DNA of 56,841 nt from Prorocentrum cordatum (GCA_963575745.1 CAUYUJ010000062.1:62001-118841), one strand, 5' to 3'. Shown: positions 37,345-49,425, counted from the stretch's first letter. The notes: generated from the letters alone by a model not told the origin. Translations and numbers: made by a program.

Positions 37345-38601
37345 GCCGTCGTCGTGGTCGTCGTCGTCGGCGTCGTGGTCGGTTCCTTGTCCGTCCCTCT
37401 TGGGGTCGTGTCGACGGTCCGCGACTGCCCCGCCGATCAGCGCTGCCGCTGGCCAGGCCGACGGTCCGCGGCCGCTCCGCCGCTTGCCGGGGCCCGGCCT
37501 GCAGGGAAGAAAGGTATACCCCCCAAAGGGGGTTCCATCGAAGATGGAAATGGCGGGTATCGAGGGTTTGGGAAATACGCGTTATTGGACACTCGCGCAG
37601 ATAAGTGCGAACAGTCTTAAAATGATTGTTGCTGTTGTTGTTGGTTGTGGTGCTGTTGAACATTATTAATTCTAAAGAATAATTATTGTTGGGACCCCTG
37701 GTGCACGGCCCCCCTGCGCCGCCTAGGCCGCAGCTACATTTTCATCATTTTCGTGAGGAAGCCTCAGGTAATTCGATGTGATCAAGATCCGGTTGTTTTG
37801 TTCCCCCCCGCTTTCCCTTGCAAAAAACACTATAAAATGACATTTCTTGTTCTAATATAATCAAATTTCAAGAATCCCTTGCAAAAAATAAGGTAAAGTG
37901 GACATTCGCGCGCGCAAGACGAAATCCTTCCAAAAGCTTAGTGTTCGCAGCGATTTTAACATAAAAACATCAAAAAACCAATGGTTTTTCAACAAAAAAT
38001 TGTCAAAATCTCATCCCGCGCGCTCTTGCGGATTCGTAGGAAACCAACACTTTTTAAACATTTCTGTCAAACGGGCTTTTGCGAGCAACTTTTTCGAACT
38101 TCTGCGACAACGGTTGCGCACCTGCCAGGGCCATCATCCCTGTCAAATAATACCATGCGGGACACATTCGTTTTTTCTTCGCGCGCGCACGCCGAAATCT
38201 CCAAAAACCATTGGGCTTCTTAAGAATTTTAGCACCGCGCATCATAAAATCACACGAATCGCACCGTAGGTCCTCGAAAAACACCTGCACGACTTTTCAA
38301 AATTTCTACCCGCGCGCGCTGTCCTAACAACTTCTGTGGGTGTGTACTCCACGCCAGTGTAGTAGCCACGGTCGTCCGCAGGCCACGAAGTGAAGTGTCC
38401 GAACGTCATAGGGCGGGAAGCTGGGTGTGGGTGGTGGCGAAGAGTCGTGTGGATATTTGGTAGAGCTTGCACTGCCCCCCCACAAAGTGGGGGTATTGGC
38501 TGGCGTCGCATGAAAACCCTGGCACTGGTGAGAACACTGAGCGTTCGGGTAAAGTGATTGCTGTTGTTGTTGTCGTTGTTGTTGAATTCTCATTTCTGAA
38601 G

Positions 38602-39002
38602 AATAATTATTGTTGATCCCCCCCCCACCGGTGCAGTTTGTTTTTCTTAATCAAAGAGTTTCCCTCGACGCTCGCACCCTGTTTTTTGACTGGGAAAGTC
38701 TTCCTGCTCAAACTGGGCCCCTGACCCCCGGGTTACAACAACAACGGCTCCCGCTTGAGATTTCCTTACAATTTAGCCAGGACCCCCGCTCCCGCCCGAG
38801 ACTTCCTCGCATTTTATCCAGGAATCGCGCTATCGCTTGGGACTTCCTTGCAATTTATTCAGGAATCGCTCTGCTGGCGCTCTGGAGTCGCGCTCTCGCT
38901 GTAGACTTGCTTGCAACTTACTGAAGCATGGCCTTGCGTTGGATTTTTTTGCAATTTGCCGAAGCGCCGCGCTCCCGACACCCAGGCACCCAGGAGTCGC
39001 GC
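38602..39002 (+). repeat. ~400-bp direct repeat, copy 2
   Basis: See 36107-36517; followed by only a short cgtggcccc tract. Confidence 0.92.
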
Positions 39003-39639
39003 CCGTTGTGGCCCCATGTGCATGCCCTTCGTGGCCCCGCTGTCGCCATTTGTGTCCCTCGCACTAACAATAATTATTGTGGATGTCCGGAAACGGTTCG
39101 GCGTGCTCTCGCCTCGACGCCGGCTACATTTTCTAGGCAAGTTGGTGGAGGCCCGGACACGGCGACAAGGGCTCCCGTTCGATATTTCTCCATAAGTATT
39201 CCGAGAGCCCCTGGACAGGGAGGCCCCCGAACTCAGGAACGGCGCTCTCGCTCGAGACTTCTTCGCACTTCAGTCAGTGGCCGACACGGAAGATATCCCC
39301 CCCGAAAGGGGGTGCAATCGAAGACGAAGTGGGCGGGTATCGAGGGTTGGGGTATACGGAATGCAAGACACGCGTGGCAGTAAGAGCGAACATTCTTAAA
39401 ATGATTGTTGTTGTTGTCGATGTTGTCTGCGTTTCGGACTGTTTGCTTTCTTTGAGGTCGAGTGGCGAACAACAAATATGCGGTGCTTGCACCAGGGTAT
39501 AATTTCCTGCGGCTGGAGGAGCGTGATTGCATTGAGGATGAACTTTCGGAGGTCCGTGCGGATGGCGCTGAAACGGAGCCCAGTCTGGACATGGGAAGGG
39601 GCCCTGGTTTTCGGGCCGCCCCTTGGCTCCAGGTCGTGG

Positions 39640-39900
39640 AATCTCTTCGTGGACGAGGATCGCCGTGGCCAGGAAGGCCCCTTCCTTACTCCTTCGGATG
39701 CTGAGGTCCTGCGTGCTGCTCCGCCCGGCCTTTGACCCGATCTTGTCGAGGGCTCGTCCTGCTTCCTCGGCGAGGGTTGGCCCCCCGTCACGAGTTGCCT
39801 CCAACAGGATCTCCTCCAGGCTCAGTGGGCTGTCCTCGAAGCGGGCGCGCGTGAGTCTGGCCAGGACGTGGGAGTGCAGGTAGTCGTTGCAGTGATGGGG
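39640..39900 (-). pseudogene. Protein-like coding fragment, possibly a retroelement gag/ORF1 relic
   Basis: Helical-looking segment NDYLHSHVLARLTRARFEDSPLSLEEILLEATRDGGPTLAEEAGRALDKIGSKAG within ORF 39274-40014; no catalytic motif seen. Confidence 0.35.
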
Positions 39901-40232
39901 GAGCTGCGGAGCAGACGGTACGAGGCGCATGCTGCCGCAGTCGCCAGCGCCGCGGCTTCGATGGCGACAGGCTCCGGGGTGTCCGGGGGGCGCGGCGGGG
40001 CCGGGCCATGCCATGAACGGCTATGCTGGCTGCGAGGCGCCCGGCACAGGCCACGGTCTCTCTGCTGGCGGTCGCCGTCCACGCAGCTCTCTGGCAGCGG
40101 TGCGCGATGTCCTGCGACGTGTGCAGGCACATTGTTTTCTTTGGTTTTTTGTTGTTGTTTGCATTGCGGCACGGCAGAGGCAATCCGCACGAGCGCTCGA
40201 GTTGCCGGGGGCGCACAACAAACTGATTGTCT

Positions 40233-40523
40233 GGAGGAGGATGAGGATGAGGATGAGGATGAGGTTGTTGATGATGATGACGATGATGATGATGATGATG
40301 CTGATGATGATGATGATGATGATGATGACGACGACGACGACGACGACGATGATGATGATGATGCTGATGATGATGATGATGACACTGACGACGACGATGA
40401 CGACGACGATGATGATGATGCTGATGATGATGATGATGATTGTGGTGATGGTGATGGTGATGGTGATGATGATGCTGATGATGATGGTGATGCTGATGAA
40501 GCTGATGATGATGATGATGCTGC

Positions 40524-40554
<31 letters not shown>

Positions 40555-40562
40555 GATGATGA

Positions 40563-40596
<34 letters not shown>

Positions 40597-40882
40597 GGTG
40601 GTGGTGGTTGTGATGATGATGATGATGAGGAGGAGGAGGAGAGGAGAGGCAGAGGACGCGGACGAGGACGGACGAGGACGAGGACGACGAGGAGGAGTGA
40701 GGAGGAGGAGGAGGTGTTGAGGAGGAGGAGGAGGAGGCGGAGGAGGAGGAGGAGGTTGAGGAGGAGGAGGAGGAGGAGGAGGAGGAGGAAAAGGAGGGGG
40801 ACGAGGACGAGGAGGAGGAAGAGGAGGAGGAGGAAAAGGAGAAGGAGGAGGAGGAGGAGGAGGAGGAGGAGGAGCAGGAGGA
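40233..40882. repeat. Compound trinucleotide microsatellite (GAT)n-(GAC)n-(GGT)n-(GAG)n
   Basis: Direct reading of the sequence. Confidence 0.97.
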
Positions 40883-41361
40883 GCGCGCTTATGAACGGCA
40901 CAGGCTCTGCCCTACGGTTTGCCTAACGCAAAAAAGAGGCGCGCAAGCAGAGGCAGACGGCCACGGGGTGTGCGAAATCGGCGCAAATCGCTGTTCCATT
41001 ACGTCCGTGTGCCATAACTGAAGATTCAAGACCGCCTTGTCCCAGTGTTTGCCAGACTGCCTCTTCTCCCTGGGCCTCGCCGGGCTCTAGTGGCGGAGCG
41101 TACAGAAGCGGCAAGTCTAGTTTGCGATGCGCTGGAGCCTCGAATCGGCGTTGCCTCTCGGATTTTGGAGCTTGCGGGGACCCTTTCAAGGCGTCATCGT
41201 CGTCGTCGTCGTCGATCTATGGTTCAGCATAGAGAAGCTCCTTCCTGTTTGTGTTTTCTGCGCCTTGTTGGGGCTCGGGAGGAGCCCTCGTGGCCACGGC
41301 TCAGCTGGATCCGCGTCGAAATTCTTGTGAGGACTGCGCTCCAGGACGGGTCGGGGGGTCA

Positions 41362-41393
<32 letters not shown>

Positions 41394-41394
<1 letters not shown>

Positions 41395-41880
41395 GATTGG
41401 GCGCCTTCCAGGCAAAATGTGTCAGACGTCTCCTGGGTATCCCATGCTCCCATGTTTCAAGAGTGAGCAACAAAGTTTTTTTAACGAGCTGGCACACAGG
41501 TACTTTTCGAGACGTTGCTGCACAGACAGTCAAAGTTATACAAGAAGGTCGTTGCAAGCGATGGTGGGTCTCTCGCCTGGCGGGTGTTCTCCAACAGCGA
41601 TGGGACGCCGAAGACTTTCATCGCTCACCGAAAGCGTGGCCGGCCGCGGCAGCAGTGGGGCAAATAATGGCATCGAGTGACGAAGTGCGTGCAGTTTTCC
41701 TTCCTGTATGACCTCCTGCCCTACCTCCTCCCTGTGCACCATTTGTATTTTTTTACAACGTTTCCGTCGAAGAGGTGCCGACAAAGCACTCCTCTGCCTA
41801 CGCCCCTCCAAAGCTCAGCCCCATCAGCCCACCATCCCAGGTAGGAGTATGCCCCGAAAGACCCGGACGGACAGACAGGC
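41394..41880 (+). mobile_element. 5'-truncated non-LTR retrotransposon (RTE-like LINE) 3' end
   Basis: LGAFQAKCVRRLLGIPCSHVSRVSNKV, then a +1 frameshift in the T run at ~41480 gives RAGTQVLFETLLHRQSKLYKKV...HRKRGRPRQQWGK* (stop at 41665-67). This matches the post-RT LxxFQxxCLRRILGI...VSN and RGRPRxxW motifs of RTE-type LINEs. The 3' boundary (ggacggacagacag tail) is tentative. Confidence 0.8.
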
Positions 41881-43484
41881 ATGTCTCCCCATTCGTGTGG
41901 GCAAGCCAGCCAGTGGAGCCAAGGCCACGGCAGTGGGAATTTGGATCGGTTGAACGATGCTCATCACTGTTCCCCCCCCCGCGCCCCCTCCAATTCCCTT
42001 ACGACCCCTAGGTGTGAACCTCACATGACGTAAAGGATTTGTTTTTGGTGTGGATTCTTGCATCGGCGCTGGGCCCCCCCTGGCGGCGCCTCCGGCGCAG
42101 ATGAGCACTGCTCTCCCTTGCGGCCTGTGCCGCCGTGGCACAGCCTCTCCCGCGCATGGTCTAGCCGCGCGCACGATTTCAGCATTTGTCCTCTGATGGC
42201 AGGAACTCGGGAGGGGAGGAGGAGGAGGAGGAGGAGGAGGAGGAGGAGGAGGAGGAGGAAGTTTGCTGCTCGTTCTTCAGACTGGTGCTCCTGCCGCAGA
42301 GTTGGCCTCATTTCGGGATGGGCGCTCTGGATCCGGTTCTTCTGTTGTCGTTGTCGTGCCGTCCTTTCCCCTCCTCCGCCTTCCCCCTGGTCCTTCTCCT
42401 CCTCTTCCTGCTCCTACTGCTGGTCCTCCTACTACTTCCTCGTACTCGTTCATCCTGCCCGTCCTCCTGCTCATCCGTCACCTCCTCCCCTGAAAGTGAC
42501 ACCTCCCCTTTCTGATTCCGCATCGCGCGATGGGGCCATTTTGGGGATCCAGGTCCGCCAGGACAGCCATCGGTGGACAGAGGAAAAATCAGTGCAACAG
42601 GAAGGGATGTGTCGGACATATGGTATGGTGCGCGCGTTACCTAGAATCTAGCCTGCCCCTTTCTCTCTCTCTCTCTCTCTTTCCCTCTCCCGCCTCCGTC
42701 TCGAATTTCGTCCCACTCCCCATTTTCAGGAGAGGCCAAGCGTACCCCAGACCAGACGTACCTCGTAGACGTGGATCTCAGGGCCCTCCTCGGGACGCCC
42801 AAACTCTGGGCGTTGACCTCTTACCATGGTTGAAACCGTGGCCGCTGCGACACCTCACTAGGGGTACGGCAGGTTCGTGCCGTGTTGACGCGGTGGCGAC
42901 CCCGCCGCTGGCCTTGTTGAATCCCGTCAGCGGCCCAGAATTGGCCAATATGGAACGATCTGGCGATCGGAAAGCCGCCGCTAGTTCAAGATTGACAGAT
43001 CCACGCGGTGTAAGGAACCACTGACGGGGTCGTCACGACACGAATTTGCCGTGCGTCGTCCTGGGGGCATGTTTGGACCTTTCCGACTTTTCTGTGCTTT
43101 CCTCAGCGGCGAGCGCACTGGGGGCGGAGTGAGGGGGGCAGGCTTTCTCGGAAGGCGGCGGAGCTTCTCACAAGTCCTTGCGCCTTCTGAGAAGCCGTCT
43201 GTAGATTTTGGAGAGGGCTTGCAATGTTTCTCAGAAGGCGCTAGGGCTTCTGAGAGGCCCCTTCGCCTTCTGAGAAGACCTGCCCCTCTCACTTCCTTCC
43301 TGGGCTCGACCTCTCGGACGCTCAGTGGTATTTGCGCCATCATTCGGCTCTCTGGCGGTCGTCCGGGACGATCTGGGCACCCCCGGAACGCCTTCTGTGA
43401 GGCGCAGCTGCTGGAGACCATCCCGCTCGTGGCCGAAAAAAACTTCTGGGGGCCGACGAGAACGTGAGTGGTGTCGACCTTCCC

Positions 43485-43697
43485 GCGGCACGAACGAAAT
43501 GGGTACGGAAAGAATGGGTACAATGCCCAACAGGAGTTCCTGTTCATTTAGAACAGGACTCGCTTTCCGTGCCGCCGCGGCCTGTGTCCACTCGAGACAG
43601 AAGGCCGCCTCCCCAACAGCGGCCGCTGTTGGTTTGCGACAGCATTTGTTGTTGGGCATTGTGCCCATCTTTTCCGCACCCCTTTCGGGCGTCCAGA
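43485..43697. mobile_element. MITE group B member, 213 bp, TSD TTCCC
   Basis: Strong inverted repeat cgaaatgggtacggaaagaatgggtacaatgcccaaca / tgttgggcattgtgcccatcttttccgcaccctttcg; TTCCC at 43480-84 and 43698-702, equidistant from the TIR cores; outer TIR bases diverged. Confidence 0.75.
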
Positions 43698-44297
43698 TTC
43701 CCCCTCGAGCTTCCCCCCTGGGGTTCGCCGCCGATCTCTTCCCACCTCCCGCCTTCCCACTTCCGCGCCGGCCTGCGGCCACGCCCGCGCAGACAGCCTT
43801 GCGTCGGGCCTCGGGGTGCTGGTGCGCCTCCCCTTCGAGCTGAGCGCCTGCCTCGCGGCACTCCGGGGGGGGGGCCGGGGCTGGGGCCGCGCTCGGGCGA
43901 GCCTGAGCACGACGTGTTTCGACGGCGCGCCGAGAGGGGAGGACGCGTCTCGGCGGCGCGCCGAGAGGGGAGGCGAGCGCCGAAGAGGAGCCGACGGCAC
44001 ACACAGGCTCCTCGGAGGCCTGCGCGGACCTCCCGGGAGCGGCGCCGGGGCCGCCGCGCGCCGGGGAGGGCGGCGCCGCACGGATGCAGGAGCTCCGCGC
44101 GCACCTGCGAAGGTTCGGTCTCGTGCCGCGTCCTGGGTGTCCCCCGCCCGCCCGGGAGGGGGCACGCCTTCTCTCCCAGGTCGGCGGGGCGTCGAAGAGG
44201 GCTCGGGAGCCCTGCCGGGAGGCCGAAGGCCTGCCGAGGAGGCCTGCCCCTCTCTGCCGATGGGCTTGTTTTCCACCACCACCACCACCATAAGATG

Positions 44298-44910
44298 AAG
44301 GGGGGAGGAGGAGGAGGAGGAGGAGGAGGAGGAGGAGAGGAGGGAGGAGGAGGAGGAGGAGGAGGAGGAGAGGAGGAGGAGGAGGAGGAGGAGGAGGAGG
44401 AGGAGGAGGAGGAGGAGGAGGAGGAGGAGGAGGGAGGAGGAGGAGGGAGGTGTGGAGGAGGAGGAGGAGGAGGAGAGGAGGAGGGGGTGGAGGTGGAGGA
44501 GGTGGGGAGGAGGAGGAGGGGAGGGAGGAGGAGGAGGAGGAGGAGGAGGAGGAGGAGGAGGGAGGAGGAGGAGGAGGAGGAGGAGGAAGGAGGTGGCGGA
44601 GAGTGAGGAGGGAGGAGGAGGAGGAGGAGGAGGAGGAGGAGGGGGGAGGAGGAGGGGGGAGGAGGGGGAGGAGGTGGGGGATGGGGGAGGAGGAGAGGAG
44701 GAGGCGGAGGCGGAGGCGGAGGCGGAGCTGTGACGGAGGCGGAGCGGAGGCGGAGGCAGAGTCGGAGGCGGAGGCGGAGCGAGGCGGAGGCGGAGTCGGA
44801 GGAGGAGGATGGAGGAGGAGGGGAGGAGGAGGAGGAGGAGGAGTAGGAGGAGAAGGAGGACCCCCTCCCCCTCCAACGTATGGTGGTGGTGGTGGTGGTG
44901 GTGGTGGTGG
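44298..44910. repeat. (GGA)n / (GGCGGA)n / (GGT)n microsatellite cluster
   Basis: Direct reading of the sequence. Confidence 0.96.
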
Positions 44911-45153
44911 CGAGAGCTCCCACATCCACCGCCACTGGCCTGGAGCGGCGAGTTCTATATGAACCCCTATATGAACTGCCACATCCGCCGACCCCTATAT
45001 GAACTGCTGCGCCTCCAGGGCTGCGTTTCACGAGGCTTGTCCGAATCATGACATGTCGCTCGACATCGTTCCTGTGGCTTCGTTGCTGTTATCGTACCTC
45101 TTGGTGATCTTTTGTCCACCGCCACTGGCCTGGAGCGGTGGGCATGTAGAGAT

Positions 45154-45338
45154 TTACGTCGGGCATGTCCCTCTACAGGAGGAATACTCCCAAACAGTAA
45201 AGCAATAGCCTGTGGACGTTGTGTTTGTTTTTTGTTGTTTGTTTTCTGTTGTTCTGCATTATTATTGACTACTTGTGAGTCTGATTTCAATGATGCTTCA
45301 TTTATCCTCCAACATCCGCCTGTAGGAGGACATGCCCC
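45154..45338. mobile_element. MITE family A, diverged copy
   Basis: ttacgtcgggcatgtccctctacagg ... cctgtaggaggacatgccc; right tip lost, no TSD visible. Confidence 0.75.
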
Positions 45339-46371
45339 GCTCTCGCCGCCCTCTGACGTGCCGCCTCGGCAGTGCGAAATGCGAGCCTCGTATTTCGCGC
45401 GAGCGTTCGAGCCACTGAGGCCTGTTCTGTATTCCAATGGAGACCCATGCCAATAACACCCTGCTCGCCTCCAGGGTGACCTGGGTTTCTTGGGTTTCGA
45501 GGGTTTTGCTGTGGAAATCGTGACGTTCCCACACCAGAACTCAATGGACGTCCTGGGGTCTCAGGGTTGGGTCTCTTGTGGAAGGTTTCTGTTGGTCGGG
45601 CCCCTACTGAGTAGAGTTTCAGAGTGAGTGCGAGCCAGGCGGAGAGCTCCGCAGCCCTGCGTGCCAGATCCGTGTACCTCAGCCTGGCTGGGGAGCAGGA
45701 GTCCAGCAGCCTTCATCCGGACCCCAGGGGTGCAGCAGAAGGATGACCGATTGTCCACGTCGGTAGTCTGGCTGGGGCTTGAAGGAGTTCAACTGTCGCC
45801 TAGTCCCGAATTGAATGTTGTCTTCGAACTACTACCGCGACTCATAGTTACGACAGAAGAACATCGCGGCACTGCGTCAAGGACATTCTGAAGCACTGCC
45901 CCCCGCTCGAGGCGGAAGCCGGCAACCCAACTTACGTTGGATTGCAGTTGCCCATGTCCACACAGGAGGGAGGTCTTAATAGGCGGCATACAGATGTTCA
46001 GCGTGAGTTTTTGCCTCCAGTAGCCAGGCGGGATCGGTCTCACGGCATGGGCAGCGTCTCTGGTCATGTACGGTCCCCGTGCTTTATTACATTCATTCAG
46101 CTTTTCCAAACGGTGTCCACTGTATTCTGATAGGTTGTTCAATGGGTGCTTGTTGCATTGTATGCGGAAGTATGCCTGACCGTAACCCGATCGATTCTCT
46201 AGGAGGGTGCGATGTATCACGTTGTCGAGTCGAGCAGACAATGGTATGTTAGAGCATCGTGGCGTCACGTCGGGTATATCAGACTCGGGCCGCCAGCCTG
46301 GCGAGGCCGGGGACGAATGGGGAGGCAGAGCTGCTCGCCCTGCTGACTCTGAAGGCCAGCCCCGCTCGAGG

Positions 46372-46522
46372 GAGGCTCGAGGATCGAGGATCGAGGCTCC
46401 AGGGTCGAGGTTCCCGGATCGAGGTTCTAGGGTCGAGGTTCTAGCGTCAAGATTCAAGGATCGAGATTCTAGGGTCGAGGTTCTAGGGTCGAGGTTCTAG
46501 GATCGAGGTTCGAAGGTCGAGT
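46372..46522 (+). repeat. 14-bp minisatellite (ggatcgaggttcta); related tract at ~9234-9320
   Basis: Repeated ggatcgagg(c/t)t(c)(c/t)ag units at both loci. Confidence 0.8.
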
Positions 46523-46837
46523 TTTGCTATCCGTGGGCGAACCGTCCGCGAAATTGTGCGGCTCGACGGGGCCACGGATGCAGACGGAGCGCCGAGCCGT
46601 GCCTCCTCTTCCTCCCTCCTCCCTCCTCCCTCCTCCCTCCTCCCTCCTCCCTCCTCCCTCCTCTTCCTCCTCCTCCTCCACCTCCTCCTCCTCCTCCTCG
46701 TTCTCTCCTTCCATTTTCTGGAGAGCTTCGCAGGGCTTGGGGTGGCCCTCGGAAGGGCACGAAGTAGCCCTGGAGCGCGCGCGTGTGTGTGTGTGTGTTG
46801 TGTGTGTGTGTGTGTGTGTGTTGTGTGTTGTTGTGTG

Positions 46838-47366
46838 TGCGCTCGCAGGAAGAGCGAGCAGTGGCAGCCAGCTCTGACGCTGCTCAGCGAGATGCGGCAG
46901 GCAGCGCTGGAGTCAAACGTAATCAGCTGCAGCGCTGGCATCAGCGCGTGCGGGAAGAGTGAGCAGTGGCAGCGGGCTGTTGCTGCTCGGTGCGGGAGGC
47001 AGAGCTCGCGCCCCATGCTATCAGTTACAGAGCTGGGATCAGCGCGTGCCAGAAGGGCGAGCAGGGGCAGTGGGCTCCGGCACTGCTCAGGGAGATGCTG
47101 GCGGCGAAGCTGGCGCCTGACGTCATCAGCTGCAACTCTGGGATGAATGCGTGCGAGGACTGCGAGCAGTAGCGGGCTCTGGCGCTACTCAACAAGAAGT
47201 GGGAGGCGAAGCTGAATCCCAGCGTCATCAGCACAACGCTGGGATCAGCGCGTGTGAAAAGGACGATCAATGGCAGCTGGCTCTGGCCCTGCTCAGCGAG
47301 ATTCGAGAGACTACGCTGGAGCCCGACGTCATCAGCGACAACGCTGGGCTCAGCGCCTCTGACTGA
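46838..47366 (+). pseudogene. Pentatricopeptide-repeat (PPR) array relic, ~5 motifs, with frameshifts and an in-frame stop
   Basis: KSEQWQPALTLLSEMRQAALESNVISCSAGISACGKSEQWQRA / AISYRAGISACQKGEQGQWAPALLREMLAAKLAPDVISCNSGMNACEDCEQ* / NAGISACEKDDQWQLALALLSEIRETTLEPDVISDNAGLSA; atcag anchors at 46922, 47020, 47125, 47227 and 47331 (~105-bp period). Confidence 0.9.
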
Positions 47367-47400
47367 CGCCGATGCCAACGCCGATGCCGACGCCGACGAT

Positions 47401-47433
<33 letters not shown>

Positions 47434-48689
47434 TCGACGCTGACGACGCACTCGCCGACGCCGACGACTCCGACGAAACGGCAGCTGCCACCGCCGCTCG
47501 GGGTGCAGTTCTGTTCTGAGCGGCCCCGCATGTGCCCGTGCACCTGCTCGGCACTACCCCCCATCCGGTTGGGCCGTCCAGGGCCCGCCGGTCTTTCGCC
47601 CTGTCTTTTGCCCGCGCGCTTGGCCGCGGTCGCCACTGGCTGCTGCCTGCGCCTTCGCGCCTTCCTCCTCCCCAGCGCCTCGCCTGGCGGCCCTCCCCTC
47701 TGGGGTCGTCTGTTCCCTGCCCTGTGCTGCTGCACCTGTTCGGTGCCTACTCTTCGCCTCTCACTGCGCCCGTTGGTGCTACCCCCCGCGCGCACTCGGC
47801 CCTCACGGGTGGCGCTCCTGCATTCTTCGTGCTCGGCCCCCCTGCCCCTCCGCCTCGGGGCCACCGGTCCTCCGGTGCCCACGCGCGCGAGCGCGCTGCG
47901 CTGCTCGCGCCTTTTCCTGCCGGCGGTGGCCGCTGCGTTTGCCCTCCGGCGTGCTGGTGCTGCCGCTCGCTGTGGGCTCCCGCGCGCCGCCTCCTCGCTA
48001 ATCCTTGGAACTGCCGCCCCGGCTTCTGTCCGGGTGGAGGCCCCTGCCCCGCCGTCGCGTCCCCTGTCTGCCTGGCCCTCCCGGTTCCGGGGGCTGGCTG
48101 GCCTTGCCCGCCCCTCGGGCCGGCCCCTCCTCTGCTTGGTTTTCAGGCCGGCTTGCGGTCCTCGTGCCGGCTTCGCTGGTGGGCCTGCTCGCCCGCTGCT
48201 CCGCCCCCCCGCGGTCCTTCACCACAGGGTACCTGGGCCGCCCGCCATCTGGCGCCTCGCAGGTCCATGGACCTCGGCGCTTCTTCTCGCTCTGCCTGCT
48301 GGGCCTTTCCCAGCTACCCCCCAGCCCCTCCCCTGAGGTGGTCTTCTCCAGCTGCTCTGTCGCTTGGAAGGTCGGCTCGATCTTGGCGCGCGGCCGCCTT
48401 CCTGTGCTGTCCGTCCCCAGCACTGACTGGGCCTGATCCTTCCCCGCCTCGTGCGGCTGCCCTGGCTGCTGCCCGCCCCCAGCTGCCCCGCGGCTGCCGC
48501 CCTGCCGCCCCAGCGCCGCCCGTGCCGCGGCCTGGCCCCGCTCTGAGCGGGCCTGGCTTCCGTCTCCCTCCCGCCCGCGCCCGGTCTTCCCCCTTTTCCT
48601 CACGCGCATCGCGGCTTAATTAGTAATTGTGTGCCCTACATTTGCCCTATCCGCCAGCGCAGTCACTCTGCCTAGCCGCCGACGCAAAA

Positions 48690-48701
48690 AGTGTGTGTGT
48701 G

Positions 48702-48746
<45 letters not shown>

Positions 48747-48808
48747 GTGTGTGCGTGTGTGTGTGCGTGCGCGTGCGCGTGCGTGTGCGTGTGCGTGTGC
48801 GTGTGCGT

Positions 48809-48877
<69 letters not shown>

Positions 48878-49425
48878 AGTTGTGCGTGACGTGCGATTGT
48901 GTGGTGTGCGTTTGGCGTGTGCGCGTGTGCGTGCGGTGCGTGCGTAGTGCGGTGGCGTGCTGTGCGTTGCGTGCGTGCTGTGATCGTGCGTGCGCGTGTG
49001 TGTGTGTTTCTCTGTGTGTGTGTGTGTGTGTGTGTAGTGTGTGCGTGCGGTCGTGCGTGGTGCGTTGAGAGCGTGCGTGCGTGCGTGCGTGCGTGGCGTG
49101 CGTGCGTGAGTGCGTGTGCGCGCGCGCGCGATTGTGTGTGTGTGGGTGTGTGTGTGTGTGTGTGATGTTGTGTGTGCGTGCGTGCGTGGCGTGCGTGCGT
49201 GCGCGTGCGTGCGTGCGTGCGTGTGTGGGCGTGCGTGGTGTGGGCGTGAGTGCGTGCGTGCGTGCGTGCGATTGCGTGCGTGCGTGCGTGCGTGCTGGTT
49301 TGCGTTCGCGTGCGTATTTGAGTGCGTGGTGTGTGTGTGTGTGTTGTGTGTGTGTTGTGTGTGTGTGTGTTGTGTGTGTTCTGTTTATCTAGCGTTGTGC
49401 GCGTTCGTTCGCGACGCGCGCGCGC

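Noticed and set aside
45789..46300. Minus-strand ORF with Cys/His residues as a zinc-finger gene
   Set aside because: The spacing fits no motif I recognise and the N-terminus runs into a minisatellite; at most an unassignable relic.
47254..48623. 360-aa ORFs in GC-rich sequence (also 52554-54069)
   Set aside because: Overlapping Pro/Arg/Ala-rich ORFs in many frames are expected at this GC content; no domain motifs were seen.
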